DNA of 64,000 nucleotides from Dehalococcoidia bacterium. GTDB lineage: Bacteria; Chloroflexota; Dehalococcoidia; UBA6926. The first letter of the stretch is position 1; each line of letters opens with the position of its first letter. The notes beneath the pieces were generated by a model. That model saw only the letters and a program-made list of their open reading frames with translations, had not been told where the DNA came from and made no database searches. This document shows positions 55,545 to 64,000 of the stretch, piece by piece. Location: positions 213 to 64,212 of the forward strand of contig JBJKVP010000005.1 in NCBI GenBank assembly GCA_045562535.1. The letters are read 5' to 3'. Both the position numbers and the translations under genes were made by a program.

Positions 55545-55913
55545 ATGTCTATCGATTACGTGTTTAACTACACTGCCGTGATTGTAGCCGCTGGTTTTGG
55601 GTTCGGTGGAATTGGATTTACCTTTATTCTTTCTAGGTTACTTGCTCCAAGTCGACCATCTCTAATAAAAAGTATTGCATATGAATGCGGTATTATCCCC
55701 ACAGGAAAAGGTAATACTAAATATAATATTAGGTATTATTTGTTCGCTCTGTTTTTCTTAATTTTTGCAGTGGAAGTTGTGTTTATGTTCCCATGGGTTG
55801 TTGCTTTTTTGGCTTTGCCCGTTTCCGCTTTTGTTTCGATGATGATATTTTTAGCAATTCTGATTTTTGGCTTGTTATACGCATGGAGAAAGGGAGTTTT
55901 ACAATGGCGATAG
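55545..55913 (+). CDS. nuoA: NADH-quinone oxidoreductase subunit A
   Basis: YECGIIP motif and 3 TM segments. ATG 55545 lies after AGGAG. The tracked ORF starts at GTG 55533. Confidence 0.92.
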   Translation: MSIDYVFNYTAVIVAAGFGFGGIGFTFILSRLLAPSRPSLIKSIAYECGIIPTGKGNTKYNIRYYLFALFFLIFAVEVVFMFPWVVAFLALPVSAFVSMMIFLAILIFGLLYAWRKGVLQWR

Positions 55914-56479
55914 AACCAGGAAGTTTGAGTGAGTCGAGCAATGGGAAAGATCGATTGATTCTTCCCGAAGAGGCAAAAGGTGCTTGGAGTAGCATCAAAG
56001 AAAATAGAAAGAGTGGTATATCAGGGGTGGTTACCCTTAAAAGTGAGGAATTATTTGCGATGGCACGTAAATCATCGCTTTGGCCACTTACCTTTGGTTT
56101 GGCGTGTTGCGCGATAGAAATGATTTCTACTTATATGCCTAATCATGATTTCGACCGGTTTGGTGTTGTTACATGGCCGTCTCCGAGGCAATCGGATGTG
56201 ATGATCGTTGCTGGAACTGTCGTAAAAAAGATGGCTGAACCTATAAAGCTTCTTTACGAGCAGATGGCTTCCCCCAAATGGGTAATAGCTATGGGATCTT
56301 GCGCCACGTGTGGTGGTCCGTATGTCAGATCTTATTCCGTTGTGATGGGAGTTGACCAAATTATTCCTGTGGATGTCTATGTTCCTGGATGTCCTCCTCG
56401 ACCCGAAGCACTTTTAGGAGGAGTAATGGAGTTACAAGATATTATCCAAAAAGAACCTAGGAAAAAAAGAGGTTTGTAA
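55904..56479 (+). CDS. nuoB: NADH-quinone oxidoreductase subunit B
   Basis: Motifs seen: [25 protein letters not shown] and [11 protein letters not shown] (N2 cluster ligands). ATG 55904 overlaps the nuoA stop by 10 nt. The tracked 55793 start would overlap nuoA by 120 nt. Confidence 0.93.
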   Translation: MAIEPGSLSESSNGKDRLILPEEAKGAWSSIKENRKSGISGVVTLKSEELFAMARKSSLWPLTFGLACCAIEMISTYMPNHDFDRFGVVTWPSPRQSDVMIVAGTVVKKMAEPIKLLYEQMASPKWVIAMGSCATCGGPYVRSYSVVMGVDQIIPVDVYVPGCPPRPEALLGGVMELQDIIQKEPRKKRGL

Positions 56480-56971
56480 GTGTCGACTGATAATTTTAAC
56501 CAATATGTGACAGAAGAGTTTGAGACAAAAACTAAAGCTCTTCTAAGCAGTATTAACCCAGATATTCAGCCGGTTTTTGGTGAACTTGGTATTACGTGTG
56601 ACCGTTCTGACATAACTTCTCTTTGTAAACTTCTTAAAGAGGACCCGGAAACTTCCATGAAATATCTACGATCCATATCGGTGGTTGATTGGGTGGAGGA
56701 TATGGAGGTAGTCTACCATTTATCTTCGGTAGAACATATGAATCGAATTGTCGTGAAAGTGAGGGTTCCCTTAGAAGATTTGAAAATTGATTCGGTCATT
56801 AGCGTATGGGCGGGAGCTGATTGGCATGAACGAGAAGGCCACGACCTTTTCGGTATAGAATTTGTTGGACATCCAGATATGGCACCATTAATTCTTTATG
56901 AAGGTTTTGAAGGATTTCCTGGCAGGAAAAGTTATGAAATACCTAGTCAGGAGACTTTTTATGGAGACTAA
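56480..56971 (+). CDS. nuoC: NADH-quinone oxidoreductase subunit C
   Basis: 163 aa. Motif seen: WHEREGHDLFGIEFVGHPD. Confidence 0.92.
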   Translation: MSTDNFNQYVTEEFETKTKALLSSINPDIQPVFGELGITCDRSDITSLCKLLKEDPETSMKYLRSISVVDWVEDMEVVYHLSSVEHMNRIVVKVRVPLEDLKIDSVISVWAGADWHEREGHDLFGIEFVGHPDMAPLILYEGFEGFPGRKSYEIPSQETFYGD

Positions 56972-58094
56972 AGCTACGGTTGTTAGAGATCAAGATAGCG
57001 ATACAGCTGAGTTAAGAATTAATATGGGACCACAACATCCTGCAACCCACGGAGTTTTCAGGATGGTGTTAACACTGGATGGTGAGCGCGTTGTCGAGGT
57101 TGAGCCACACATAGGCTATCTGCACAGAGGCTCGGAAAAATTATCAGAAGGGGAAAATTTTCAGCAAATTACAACGTTGTTTGATCGCCTTGATTATATT
57201 TCAAACTTTAATAATGAATGGGTGTATGTTAGGGCTCTTGAGAGGGCAATGGAAGTGGAAATTCCTGAACGGGCTGAATTCATCCGAATTATATTGGGGG
57301 AACTAAATCGCGTAGCTAGCCACTTTTTGTTTTACGGTACATATGGACTCGATATTGGAGCTATGAATCCAGTGATGATTGGATTTCGAGAAAGAGAAAG
57401 AATTCAAGCTCTCTTTGAAGGTGTGTCTGGTGCTCGCATGATGCATAACTACTTCCGCGTTGGTGGTGTTAAAGAAGATTTACCAGACGGATTTGTACCA
57501 GCAATTAATATTTTGCTCGATCAATTAAAAAAAGGGTATGAAGATGCTAGGAATATATTAACTGAGAGCGAAATTTTTATTGAGAGAACTGCAGGAATAG
57601 GAAAATTAGATCCCGAAAAAACCTTAGATTACGGTGTTACAGGACCTGTGTTGAGGGCCGCAGGAGTAGATTACGATATACGAAAATCGGATCCTTATTC
57701 GATGTATTCGCAACTTGATTTTAAAGTTCCTTTGGGTAGTCATGGTGACTGCTATGATCGGTATATGGTCAGAATGTTAGAGATTGAACAATCAATAAAT
57801 ATTATCGAGCAGTGTGTCGCTAATCTTCCTGAAGGACCCATCCAAGGTAAAGTTCCTAGAATACTTAGACCTCCTGAAGGCGATTTTTTTGTTCATGGAG
57901 AAAACCCCAGAGGGGATTTAGGTGTTTACTTAGTATCTGCCGGAGGAACTGTAAGGCCATACCGACTAAAAATTAGAGGACCTTCTTTTTCTAACTTAAT
58001 GGCGTTGAGTTCGATGATGGAAGGGGCTTATTTAGCTGATGCTACCGTAATTTTGGGTTCATTGGATATCGTTCTGGGGGAGGTTGATCGTTGA
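56961..58094 (+). CDS. nuoD: NADH-quinone oxidoreductase subunit D
   Basis: Motifs seen: NMGPQHPATHGVFR, HIGYLHRGSEK and GEVDR at the C-terminus. ATG 56961 lies 6 nt after AGGAGA. Confidence 0.95.
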   Translation: METKATVVRDQDSDTAELRINMGPQHPATHGVFRMVLTLDGERVVEVEPHIGYLHRGSEKLSEGENFQQITTLFDRLDYISNFNNEWVYVRALERAMEVEIPERAEFIRIILGELNRVASHFLFYGTYGLDIGAMNPVMIGFRERERIQALFEGVSGARMMHNYFRVGGVKEDLPDGFVPAINILLDQLKKGYEDARNILTESEIFIERTAGIGKLDPEKTLDYGVTGPVLRAAGVDYDIRKSDPYSMYSQLDFKVPLGSHGDCYDRYMVRMLEIEQSINIIEQCVANLPEGPIQGKVPRILRPPEGDFFVHGENPRGDLGVYLVSAGGTVRPYRLKIRGPSFSNLMALSSMMEGAYLADATVILGSLDIVLGEVDR

Positions 58095-59218
58095 ACATAA
58101 ATGATTACATATCGATATTCGCTATAGTGTTCGCTCTTTTTAACGGGATATTATTTTCAGTTTTGGTTGTGATTTATGGTGAAAGAAAAGTCTTAGCTCG
58201 TTTGCAACAGAGGATAGGTCCATCCCGAACAGGGCCCTGGGGAATTTTCCAAACCTTAGCTGATGCTGTGAAACTGGTTTTAAAAGAAGATATACGCCCT
58301 CAAGATTCAGATAGAATAATTTTCTATCTTGCTCCGCTTATAATTTTTACTCCTATTTTCATGTTGTGGGTTGTTTTACCTTTCGGCTCAGGGTTGGTAC
58401 TAGGTGATATGGACCTAGGTTTATTTTATGTTTCAGCATTACTGGGTCTTTCTGTAGTGGGGATGGTAACTGCTGGCTGGTCATCCAACAGTAAATATGC
58501 GATGCTCGGGAGCGCTAGATCAGCTGCTCAACTGATAAGCTATGAACTACCACTGATACTATCAATTCTTTCTGTGGGTTTGTTTGCACAGCTTTTTACT
58601 GACAACCCATTTAATTTATCAAACATTGTCACTGCTCAAAGTGGACTACCCTTTATATTTGTAATGCCGCTGGGGTTTGTACTGTTTCTCATTGGCGCTC
58701 TTGCTGAGACAGCGAGAATCCCTTTTGATATTCCTCATGCAGATGAGGAAATTGTTGGAGGAGCGTTTGTTGAGTATAGCGGTATTCGCTGGGGTGCATT
58801 CCAACTTTCCGAATATACTGGATTAATAGCGATGGCTTTTTTGGGGTCGATTCTTTTTCTCGGGGGATGGTCGGGGCCTTTCAGCGATCAATTCACCTGG
58901 CTTCAACCTTTTTATATTTCGATTAAAACGGGGAGTATAATACTTTTGACCTTTTGGATTAGAGCACCGCTTCCGAGGCTTAGAATTGATCAACTGATGG
59001 CTTTTGCATGGAAAATTATAATACCTATTTCATTTGGAAATTTTATATTAGTAGCGGTCGTTGTTTTTGTGGGCGATCGGGTTAACTTGCCGATTATACA
59101 GACACAATTGATTCTTGGATCTATAAGTATGATATCAATGATTTTACTAGCGTATATGCTTACTGCTAGGCGGAGAAAAAGATTAGCCGTTTATAGAGAG
59201 CGATGGGGGGAGAGATAA
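58091..59218 (+). CDS. nuoH: NADH-quinone oxidoreductase subunit H
   Basis: 375 aa. Motifs seen: ERKVLARLQQRIGP, ADAVKL and ETARIPFDIPHADEE. The TTG start overlaps the nuoD stop. It follows nuoD directly, with no nuoE/F/G. Confidence 0.95.
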   Translation: MNINDYISIFAIVFALFNGILFSVLVVIYGERKVLARLQQRIGPSRTGPWGIFQTLADAVKLVLKEDIRPQDSDRIIFYLAPLIIFTPIFMLWVVLPFGSGLVLGDMDLGLFYVSALLGLSVVGMVTAGWSSNSKYAMLGSARSAAQLISYELPLILSILSVGLFAQLFTDNPFNLSNIVTAQSGLPFIFVMPLGFVLFLIGALAETARIPFDIPHADEEIVGGAFVEYSGIRWGAFQLSEYTGLIAMAFLGSILFLGGWSGPFSDQFTWLQPFYISIKTGSIILLTFWIRAPLPRLRIDQLMAFAWKIIIPISFGNFILVAVVVFVGDRVNLPIIQTQLILGSISMISMILLAYMLTARRRKRLAVYRERWGER

Positions 59219-59219
59219 T

Positions 59220-59843
59220 ATGTTCACTGCCTTAATGGTCTTCTTCTTATTAAAGCCAATTTCATTAGGAACATTTACTGGGTTGTTCACAGCGTTGAAG
59301 CACGCTTTTCGTCGACCTGTAACTTTGCAATACCCCACAGAACAGCCACTTTTGGCTCCAAGATTTATGGCACACCCGGTTCTTACTTGGGATTTTGAAA
59401 TAGAAGAACCTTATTGCACAGGTTGTCTTATCTGTATGCGGATTTGCCCAACTGATGTGATAACTGTGTCAATGAAAGATAATGATAAGTTTGCATCTGA
59501 AGAGAGCAAAAGACGAAAAATTGTTGATGATTTCAAGTTGGATGTTGCTGATTGTATCATGTGTGGATTATGCGTGGACTATTGTAATTTTGACGCAATA
59601 ATCATGTCTGACCACTTTGATGCTTCCGTTGATGATAGGTCAGATTTAGTACATGATTTACCAACGTTGTTAGAGGAAGGTAAAGGACAACAGAATAAAG
59701 GACGATGGGCACCGCCTGCTACTAAAAAATCAGCTAGGCGCTCTGCAGCACAAGGAAAAACAGTTGCTGCTAAAGCAACAAAAACTGAAACAGAAGAGGC
59801 CGAACAATCAAACGACAAGGATGTAGGTAATGAACCTGATTAA
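59220..59843 (+). CDS. nuoI: NADH-quinone oxidoreductase subunit I (2x[4Fe-4S]) with a Lys/Ala-rich C-terminal tail
   Basis: Cluster motifs are CTGCLICMRICP and CIMCGLCVDYCNF. A tail of about 55 aa follows (KKSARRSAAQGKTVAAKATKTETEEAEQ). Confidence 0.92.
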   Translation: MFTALMVFFLLKPISLGTFTGLFTALKHAFRRPVTLQYPTEQPLLAPRFMAHPVLTWDFEIEEPYCTGCLICMRICPTDVITVSMKDNDKFASEESKRRKIVDDFKLDVADCIMCGLCVDYCNFDAIIMSDHFDASVDDRSDLVHDLPTLLEEGKGQQNKGRWAPPATKKSARRSAAQGKTVAAKATKTETEEAEQSNDKDVGNEPD

Positions 59844-59881
59844 TATAAACATTAACGAAACAAAATGGGTGATGAATTAAT

Positions 59882-60379
59882 ATGCAAATTTTTCTGACAT
59901 CGCTTACAGCGAGCATTATTTTGTTCAGTGCGTTAGGAGTGGTTCTTACTAAAAATATTGTTCATGCAGCTATATTTTTATTAGTGGCGTTGATCGGAGT
60001 CAGCGCAATATTTTTAGTCCAGCTCGCAGAATTTTTAGCCCTAGTCCAAATACTGATTTATGCTGGAGCAGTAATCATTGTTCTAATGTTTGCAATAATG
60101 TTGACTCGTGAGACCGAGCAGGCAACTATTTCAAATAACCCGGGACAGTGGATTCTTGGAGTTGTCTGTTCGCTAGTATTTTTGGGGTTTTGTTTTGCTA
60201 TTTTTACAACCGACTGGTTGACCACAGAGTATTTTGTTCACGAATCTGGTCGATTTGTTGCGTTAGGAAAAGCCTTATTTAGTGAATTTTTGGTCCCGTT
60301 TGAGATTGCTTCTCTCGTTTTATTGGTCGCCCTCATAGGGGCCGTGATATTAACGAAAGAGGGTAGGGAAGGCGCATGA
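59882..60379 (+). CDS. nuoJ: NADH-quinone oxidoreductase subunit J
   Basis: 165 aa and 5 TM segments. Motif seen: LALVQILIYAGAVIIVLMFAIML. Confidence 0.9.
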   Translation: MQIFLTSLTASIILFSALGVVLTKNIVHAAIFLLVALIGVSAIFLVQLAEFLALVQILIYAGAVIIVLMFAIMLTRETEQATISNNPGQWILGVVCSLVFLGFCFAIFTTDWLTTEYFVHESGRFVALGKALFSEFLVPFEIASLVLLVALIGAVILTKEGREGA

Positions 60380-60684
60380 TAGAACTTCAAATATTACTTG
60401 TTACAGCTGCAGCTGTGTTTTGTATTGGACTCTATGGAGTAATGTCACGTAGGAATGCCGTTATGGTTCTCATGTCAATTGAATTGATGCTCAATGCTGT
60501 AAATATCAATTTAGTTGCTTTTTCCCGGTATGCATTTTCTTCTAACGTCATCGGAGAAATATTGGTTGTGTTTATTATCACCGTTGCAGCGGCAGAAGTT
60601 GGGCTTGCGATGGCTATAGTTTTGAGATTGTTCCGTAATTGGCGGACTATAAACTTGAATGTTGTTTCTAAAATGAAAAATTGA
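60376..60684 (+). CDS. nuoK: NADH-quinone oxidoreductase subunit K
   Basis: 102 aa and 3 TM segments. Motif seen: LMSIELMLNAVNINLVAFS...AAAEVGLAMAIV. ATGA overlap with nuoJ. Confidence 0.93.
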   Translation: MIELQILLVTAAAVFCIGLYGVMSRRNAVMVLMSIELMLNAVNINLVAFSRYAFSSNVIGEILVVFIITVAAAEVGLAMAIVLRLFRNWRTINLNVVSKMKN

Positions 60685-60694
60685 GATAGATGAA

Positions 60695-62578
60695 ATGAAT
60701 ATTGATGCTTTAATACAAATCTCTAATTTTGCTCTTTTGATCCCTTTCTTTCCTCTTTTGTCTTTTATAATCTTGACTGTTTTCGGGCTATACAGAAAAC
60801 ATCGTTTCTCTTCTCTGATTAGCGTAACTTCAATCGGGTTGGCATTTGTTTTTTCTTTGTTACTGCTGAATTTATTATTATCTCAAGGTAGCTCTGAAGA
60901 AAATTGGACCTGGATTAGTGTCGGCTCTTTCTCCTTTGAAATAGGTTATACCGTCGACGCTATATCAGTTTTGATGGCGTTATTAGTTACATCGGTATCC
61001 CTTTCGGTGCAAATATACTCACTTTCCTATATGAATGGAGATCCAAGATTTGGATGGTATTACGCTGCACATTCTATTTTTGCATCTTCGATGCTAGCTT
61101 TGGTTTTGACCAATAGCCTTCTATTTCTGTATATCTCCTGGGAATTAGTGGGTCTTTCATCCTTCCTTTTGATTGGATTTTGGTACGAAAAACGTTCTGC
61201 AGCTGAGGCCGCGAAGAAGGCTTTTATTACTACTAGATTTGGTGACGTAGGTTTACTTATTGCGATAATAATGTTGTATATAGAAACTGAAACGTTCCAT
61301 ATACAAGAGATAATTGCTAATTTGGCGGTTATTGATGGCCCTATATTAACAATCATCGCTTTACTGCTATTTTTGGGTGCAATGGGAAAGAGCGCCCAAA
61401 TTCCTTTTCATATATGGCTTCCTGACGCCATGGAAGGACCTACTCCAGTAAGTGCGTTAATACACGCAGCTACCATGGTAGCTGCCGGAGTGTTCTTGGT
61501 AGCAAGACTCTTTGAAATTTTTGTTACCCAGCCATCTGTATTGTGGTTTATTTGTTTGATCGGTATATCTACATCGATCCTAGCTGGACTTATGGCTCTT
61601 GGTAATGTTGATTTCAAGAAGATATTGGCTTATTCAACGGTTAGCCAGTTAGGCTTGATGTTTGTTGCTCTAGGAGCATCAGGCCTTGGGGATCATGATA
61701 GCCAGCACTCTCCCGCTGCTGGATTGTTTCATCTTGTTACCCATGGTTATTTTAAGGCTCTGCTTTTCCTTCTAGCGGGTGTCGCTTTGCATTCGATACA
61801 TAAATCTGCTGCCACGATTTATGAAGTTCGAGGTCTAGGAAAGAAAGCCCCTATAACAGCGATTGCTATGATAATTGGCGCACTGTGTCTAATTGGTATA
61901 CCTCCATTCAGTGGCTTTTTCAGTAAAGAAATGATCTTAGCCGGCCCTCTAGAAATAGGAGGGGTAGGAGGAATTGTATTATTTTTAGCAGTGTTATTCG
62001 CTTGCTTTTTGAGTGCAATATATATGACGAGGTTAGTCTTAGTTGTTTTACAAGGTGATAGTGTATTGAATGATGGTGAACTAAAAGATCCTCCCCTAGC
62101 GATGTTGTTGCCTATTATTGTTCTAACAGGAACCTCTATTGTTGCAGGGCTCATGTTGGCAGGCCCCTGGAATATTTTAGGGTTTATTTCAGAAGGTTTG
62201 AGTTACCATGTGGATTACATTCTAGCAAGTTTATCAGTCGTAGTAGGTGCGGGCGGCATCATAATAGGATTGATTTGTTTTAACAAGGTAGATAAATTAT
62301 CACCCGATGTTGTTAGATATTTGAGGCCATTAAATTTGTGGGTTGATAACGGATTCTATTTCGATCGAGTTACAAATTGGATGATCCAAAAAGGCACTCT
62401 TGCTATTGCAAATCTCGTGGCTCTTTTTGACAGGAAAATTATAAATGATTTCTTTGTAGATGGAATAGGTATGTCGCCAAACTTAATAGGAGGATTCATG
62501 AGATTTGCTCAAACAGGGTACGTTACACATTATGTTACCGTTCTCTCTCGATCTCAGTCGTCATATTATTTGGGATAG
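60695..62578 (+). CDS. nuoL: NADH-quinone oxidoreductase subunit L (3' end apparently frameshifted)
   Basis: 627 aa. Motifs seen: PFHIWLPDAMEGPTPVSALIHAATMVAAG and lateral-helix motif VDGIGMSPNLIGGFMRFAQTGYVTHY. The in-frame tail SRSQSSYYLG is not hydrophobic. The -1 frame encodes LSISVVILFGIAVFA and stops at 62592. Confidence 0.9.
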   Translation: MNIDALIQISNFALLIPFFPLLSFIILTVFGLYRKHRFSSLISVTSIGLAFVFSLLLLNLLLSQGSSEENWTWISVGSFSFEIGYTVDAISVLMALLVTSVSLSVQIYSLSYMNGDPRFGWYYAAHSIFASSMLALVLTNSLLFLYISWELVGLSSFLLIGFWYEKRSAAEAAKKAFITTRFGDVGLLIAIIMLYIETETFHIQEIIANLAVIDGPILTIIALLLFLGAMGKSAQIPFHIWLPDAMEGPTPVSALIHAATMVAAGVFLVARLFEIFVTQPSVLWFICLIGISTSILAGLMALGNVDFKKILAYSTVSQLGLMFVALGASGLGDHDSQHSPAAGLFHLVTHGYFKALLFLLAGVALHSIHKSAATIYEVRGLGKKAPITAIAMIIGALCLIGIPPFSGFFSKEMILAGPLEIGGVGGIVLFLAVLFACFLSAIYMTRLVLVVLQGDSVLNDGELKDPPLAMLLPIIVLTGTSIVAGLMLAGPWNILGFISEGLSYHVDYILASLSVVVGAGGIIIGLICFNKVDKLSPDVVRYLRPLNLWVDNGFYFDRVTNWMIQKGTLAIANLVALFDRKIINDFFVDGIGMSPNLIGGFMRFAQTGYVTHYVTVLSRSQSSYYLG

Positions 62579-62607
62579 CCGTATTTGCGTGAATAGGAGA
62601 TAACTTA

Positions 62608-64000
62608 ATGAATTGGTCGCTGCTTTTTCCTGCATACAGTGTTATTGGCATCGCTTTGTCGGTTATGCTTCTCGATATTATTTTTCCCAAAATTAATAAA
62701 TCTGCATTAGGATATGTTTCTGGAATAACACTCGTAATAGCGGCAGTAGTAGTGTGGTTTGTTCACCCTGAAAAACCTGAATCATTTGGTCAAGGGATTA
62801 TAGTATTTGATGATTTTACAAGGTATTTCACGGTGTTTTTTATGGTGATTACAGGTATAACAATACTATGTTCTATAAAATTTATTGAATCCTTAGATCA
62901 TGGAGCTGAGTATTATGGGCTGTTAATCCTTTCTGTAGTGGGTGCGATGGGCATGGCTGCATCCAAAGAATTGGTGACTGCGTATATTTCACTTGAGTTA
63001 CTGGCATTTTGTTCCTATGTTTTAGTTTCATTTTCGTGGAAAGAAAATAGGTCAAATGAAGCAGGTATTAAATATATTTTATTAGGTGCTGTAGCGTCTG
63101 CATTTATGCTATTTGGAATAAGTTATATATATGGTGTAACTGGCTCAACTATGTATGGACAGATTTCTGAAACCGTATTGAATTCATTAAACCCGGGCTT
63201 AATGCTAGGGCTTGTTCTGTTAACTACTGGACTAGCGTTTAAGATCGCAGCTGTGCCATTCCATATGTGGATACCAGATGTATATGAGGGAGGGCCAATA
63301 CCTATTAGTGCCTATTTAGCGGTCGTAAGTAAAGCCGCAGCGCTGGCAATGTTTATGCGGCTAGCCGCCTCTATTTTCGTTAATGTAATAGAAGTATGGT
63401 CAATAATATTGATTCTCCTTGCTGTAGCCAGTTTGGTATTAGGTAATCTAGTCGCTATAAAGCAAACAAATATTAAGAGACTAATGGCTTATTCAAGTAT
63501 AGGCCAAGTTGGGTTTTTCTTGTTAGGAATAGCAGCTTTCATTTCGAACGATCCGAGCCAACAAGCTTCAGGATTACTGATACATTCTGTGAGCTACGGA
63601 CTAGCAACATTAACTGCGTTTATGGCCATACTAGCCATCTACAATCAAACTGGGATTGAAGAAATTAAGGACTATGCAGGGCTTTCGCAGCGTAGCCCGT
63701 TCATAGCTTTAGTAATAACAGTTTCTTTCTTTAGTTTAGCGGGGTTCCCATTTTTTATTGGATTTGCATCAAAATTTTATTTGTTTGCAGCAATTGCCGT
63801 TGCTGGAAACTATTTCCTCGGGTTAGTAGGTTTGGCTATTCTAGCTAGTATTGTTTCTATGTACTATTATTTAAAAGTTATAAAAACTATGTATGTTGAT
63901 GAACCGAGAGAATCCGATACTATAGACATAACTTTGGATGGTCCCATGCGAGTAGTCTTCATTTCTCTTGTAGTTCTACTGGGCTTAGGAGGGTTGTATA
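62608..64000 (+). CDS. nuoN: NADH-quinone oxidoreductase subunit N (3' end outside the window)
   Basis: This gene is not in the ORF track because no stop falls inside the window. ATG 62608 lies 7 nt after AGGAGA. The translation MNWSLLFPAYSVIGIAL...FKIAAVPFHMWIPDVYEGGPIPISAYLAVVSKAAA carries the NuoN signature. The frame is open to nt 64000. Confidence 0.9.
   Translation, partial: MNWSLLFPAYSVIGIALSVMLLDIIFPKINKSALGYVSGITLVIAAVVVWFVHPEKPESFGQGIIVFDDFTRYFTVFFMVITGITILCSIKFIESLDHGAEYYGLLILSVVGAMGMAASKELVTAYISLELLAFCSYVLVSFSWKENRSNEAGIKYILLGAVASAFMLFGISYIYGVTGSTMYGQISETVLNSLNPGLMLGLVLLTTGLAFKIAAVPFHMWIPDVYEGGPIPISAYLAVVSKAAALAMFMRLAASIFVNVIEVWSIILILLAVASLVLGNLVAIKQTNIKRLMAYSSIGQVGFFLLGIAAFISNDPSQQASGLLIHSVSYGLATLTAFMAILAIYNQTGIEEIKDYAGLSQRSPFIALVITVSFFSLAGFPFFIGFASKFYLFAAIAVAGNYFLGLVGLAILASIVSMYYYLKVIKTMYVDEPRESDTIDITLDGPMRVVFISLVVLLGLGGLY

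Noticed and set aside
55793-55903. N-terminal extension of the nuoB ORF ([13 protein letters not shown]...) overlapping nuoA by 120 nt
   Set aside because: The extension is an out-of-frame read-through of nuoA. ATG 55904 with an upstream GGAGAAAGGGAG gives a normal NuoB N-terminus.
1-64000. Search for CRISPR arrays, transposases/integrases, IS inverted repeats, phage genes, toxin-antitoxin pairs or defence-system genes
   Set aside because: I found no spaced direct-repeat array and no recombinase or transposase-like ORF. Every long ORF is accounted for by housekeeping or metabolic families. The only tandem repeat (1-300) is coding.

Overview
This is a 64-kb, AT-rich, tightly packed bacterial chromosome segment. 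I recognise about 55 protein genes and one tRNA. I found no rRNA, CRISPR array, transposase, integrase or phage genes. From left to right the window contains seven blocks. (1) The 3' end of a tandem-repeat protein, an OmpR/histidine-kinase pair and tRNA-Glu(CUC). (2) A minus-strand copper operon: an operator-like C5-TA-G9 palindrome, a YHS + Cys-cluster fusion protein, a CsoR-family repressor, a P1B-1 CopA ATPase and a small YHS protein. (3) A catabolic block: SDR, acyl-CoA dehydrogenase, a His-rich lipoprotein with a Cys-rich polytopic membrane protein, two adjacent ~790-aa genes that each encode two fused family-III CoA-transferase domains, and an orphan molybdo-hydroxylase large subunit. 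(4) leuS, then rpoB-rpoC behind a perfect TTGACA-N17-TATAAT promoter. (5) A nitrogen-assimilation block: an atypical GlnR-like OmpR-family regulator, GSI-beta, GSI-alpha and the glutamate synthase large subunit. (6) Housekeeping genes: crotonase, a thioredoxin-fold lipoprotein, an FmdB zinc ribbon, MFS, PHP, exonuclease-DinG, Ogg, CCA enzyme, RNase III, hisC, hisB, purS, purC and Tat components. (7) A complex-I operon that lacks nuoEFG, has nuoM placed in front of nuoA, and shows an apparent frameshift at the 3' end of nuoL. The gene content (EFG-less complex I, large beta' insertion, CaiB-type/SDR/ACAD paralogs, two GSI types) suggests a marine Chloroflexota (Dehalococcoidia/SAR202-like) genome. 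That is inference only. I see no defence island or mobile system. The best candidates for undescribed biology are the lipoprotein + CxxCxxC membrane-protein pair, the fused double CoA-transferases, the Cys-cluster YHS protein with a C-H-H CsoR variant, and the GlnR-like regulator with a TGTAAC direct repeat upstream of glnA. All coordinates and motifs were read by eye from the sequence and ORF track. No database search was run.
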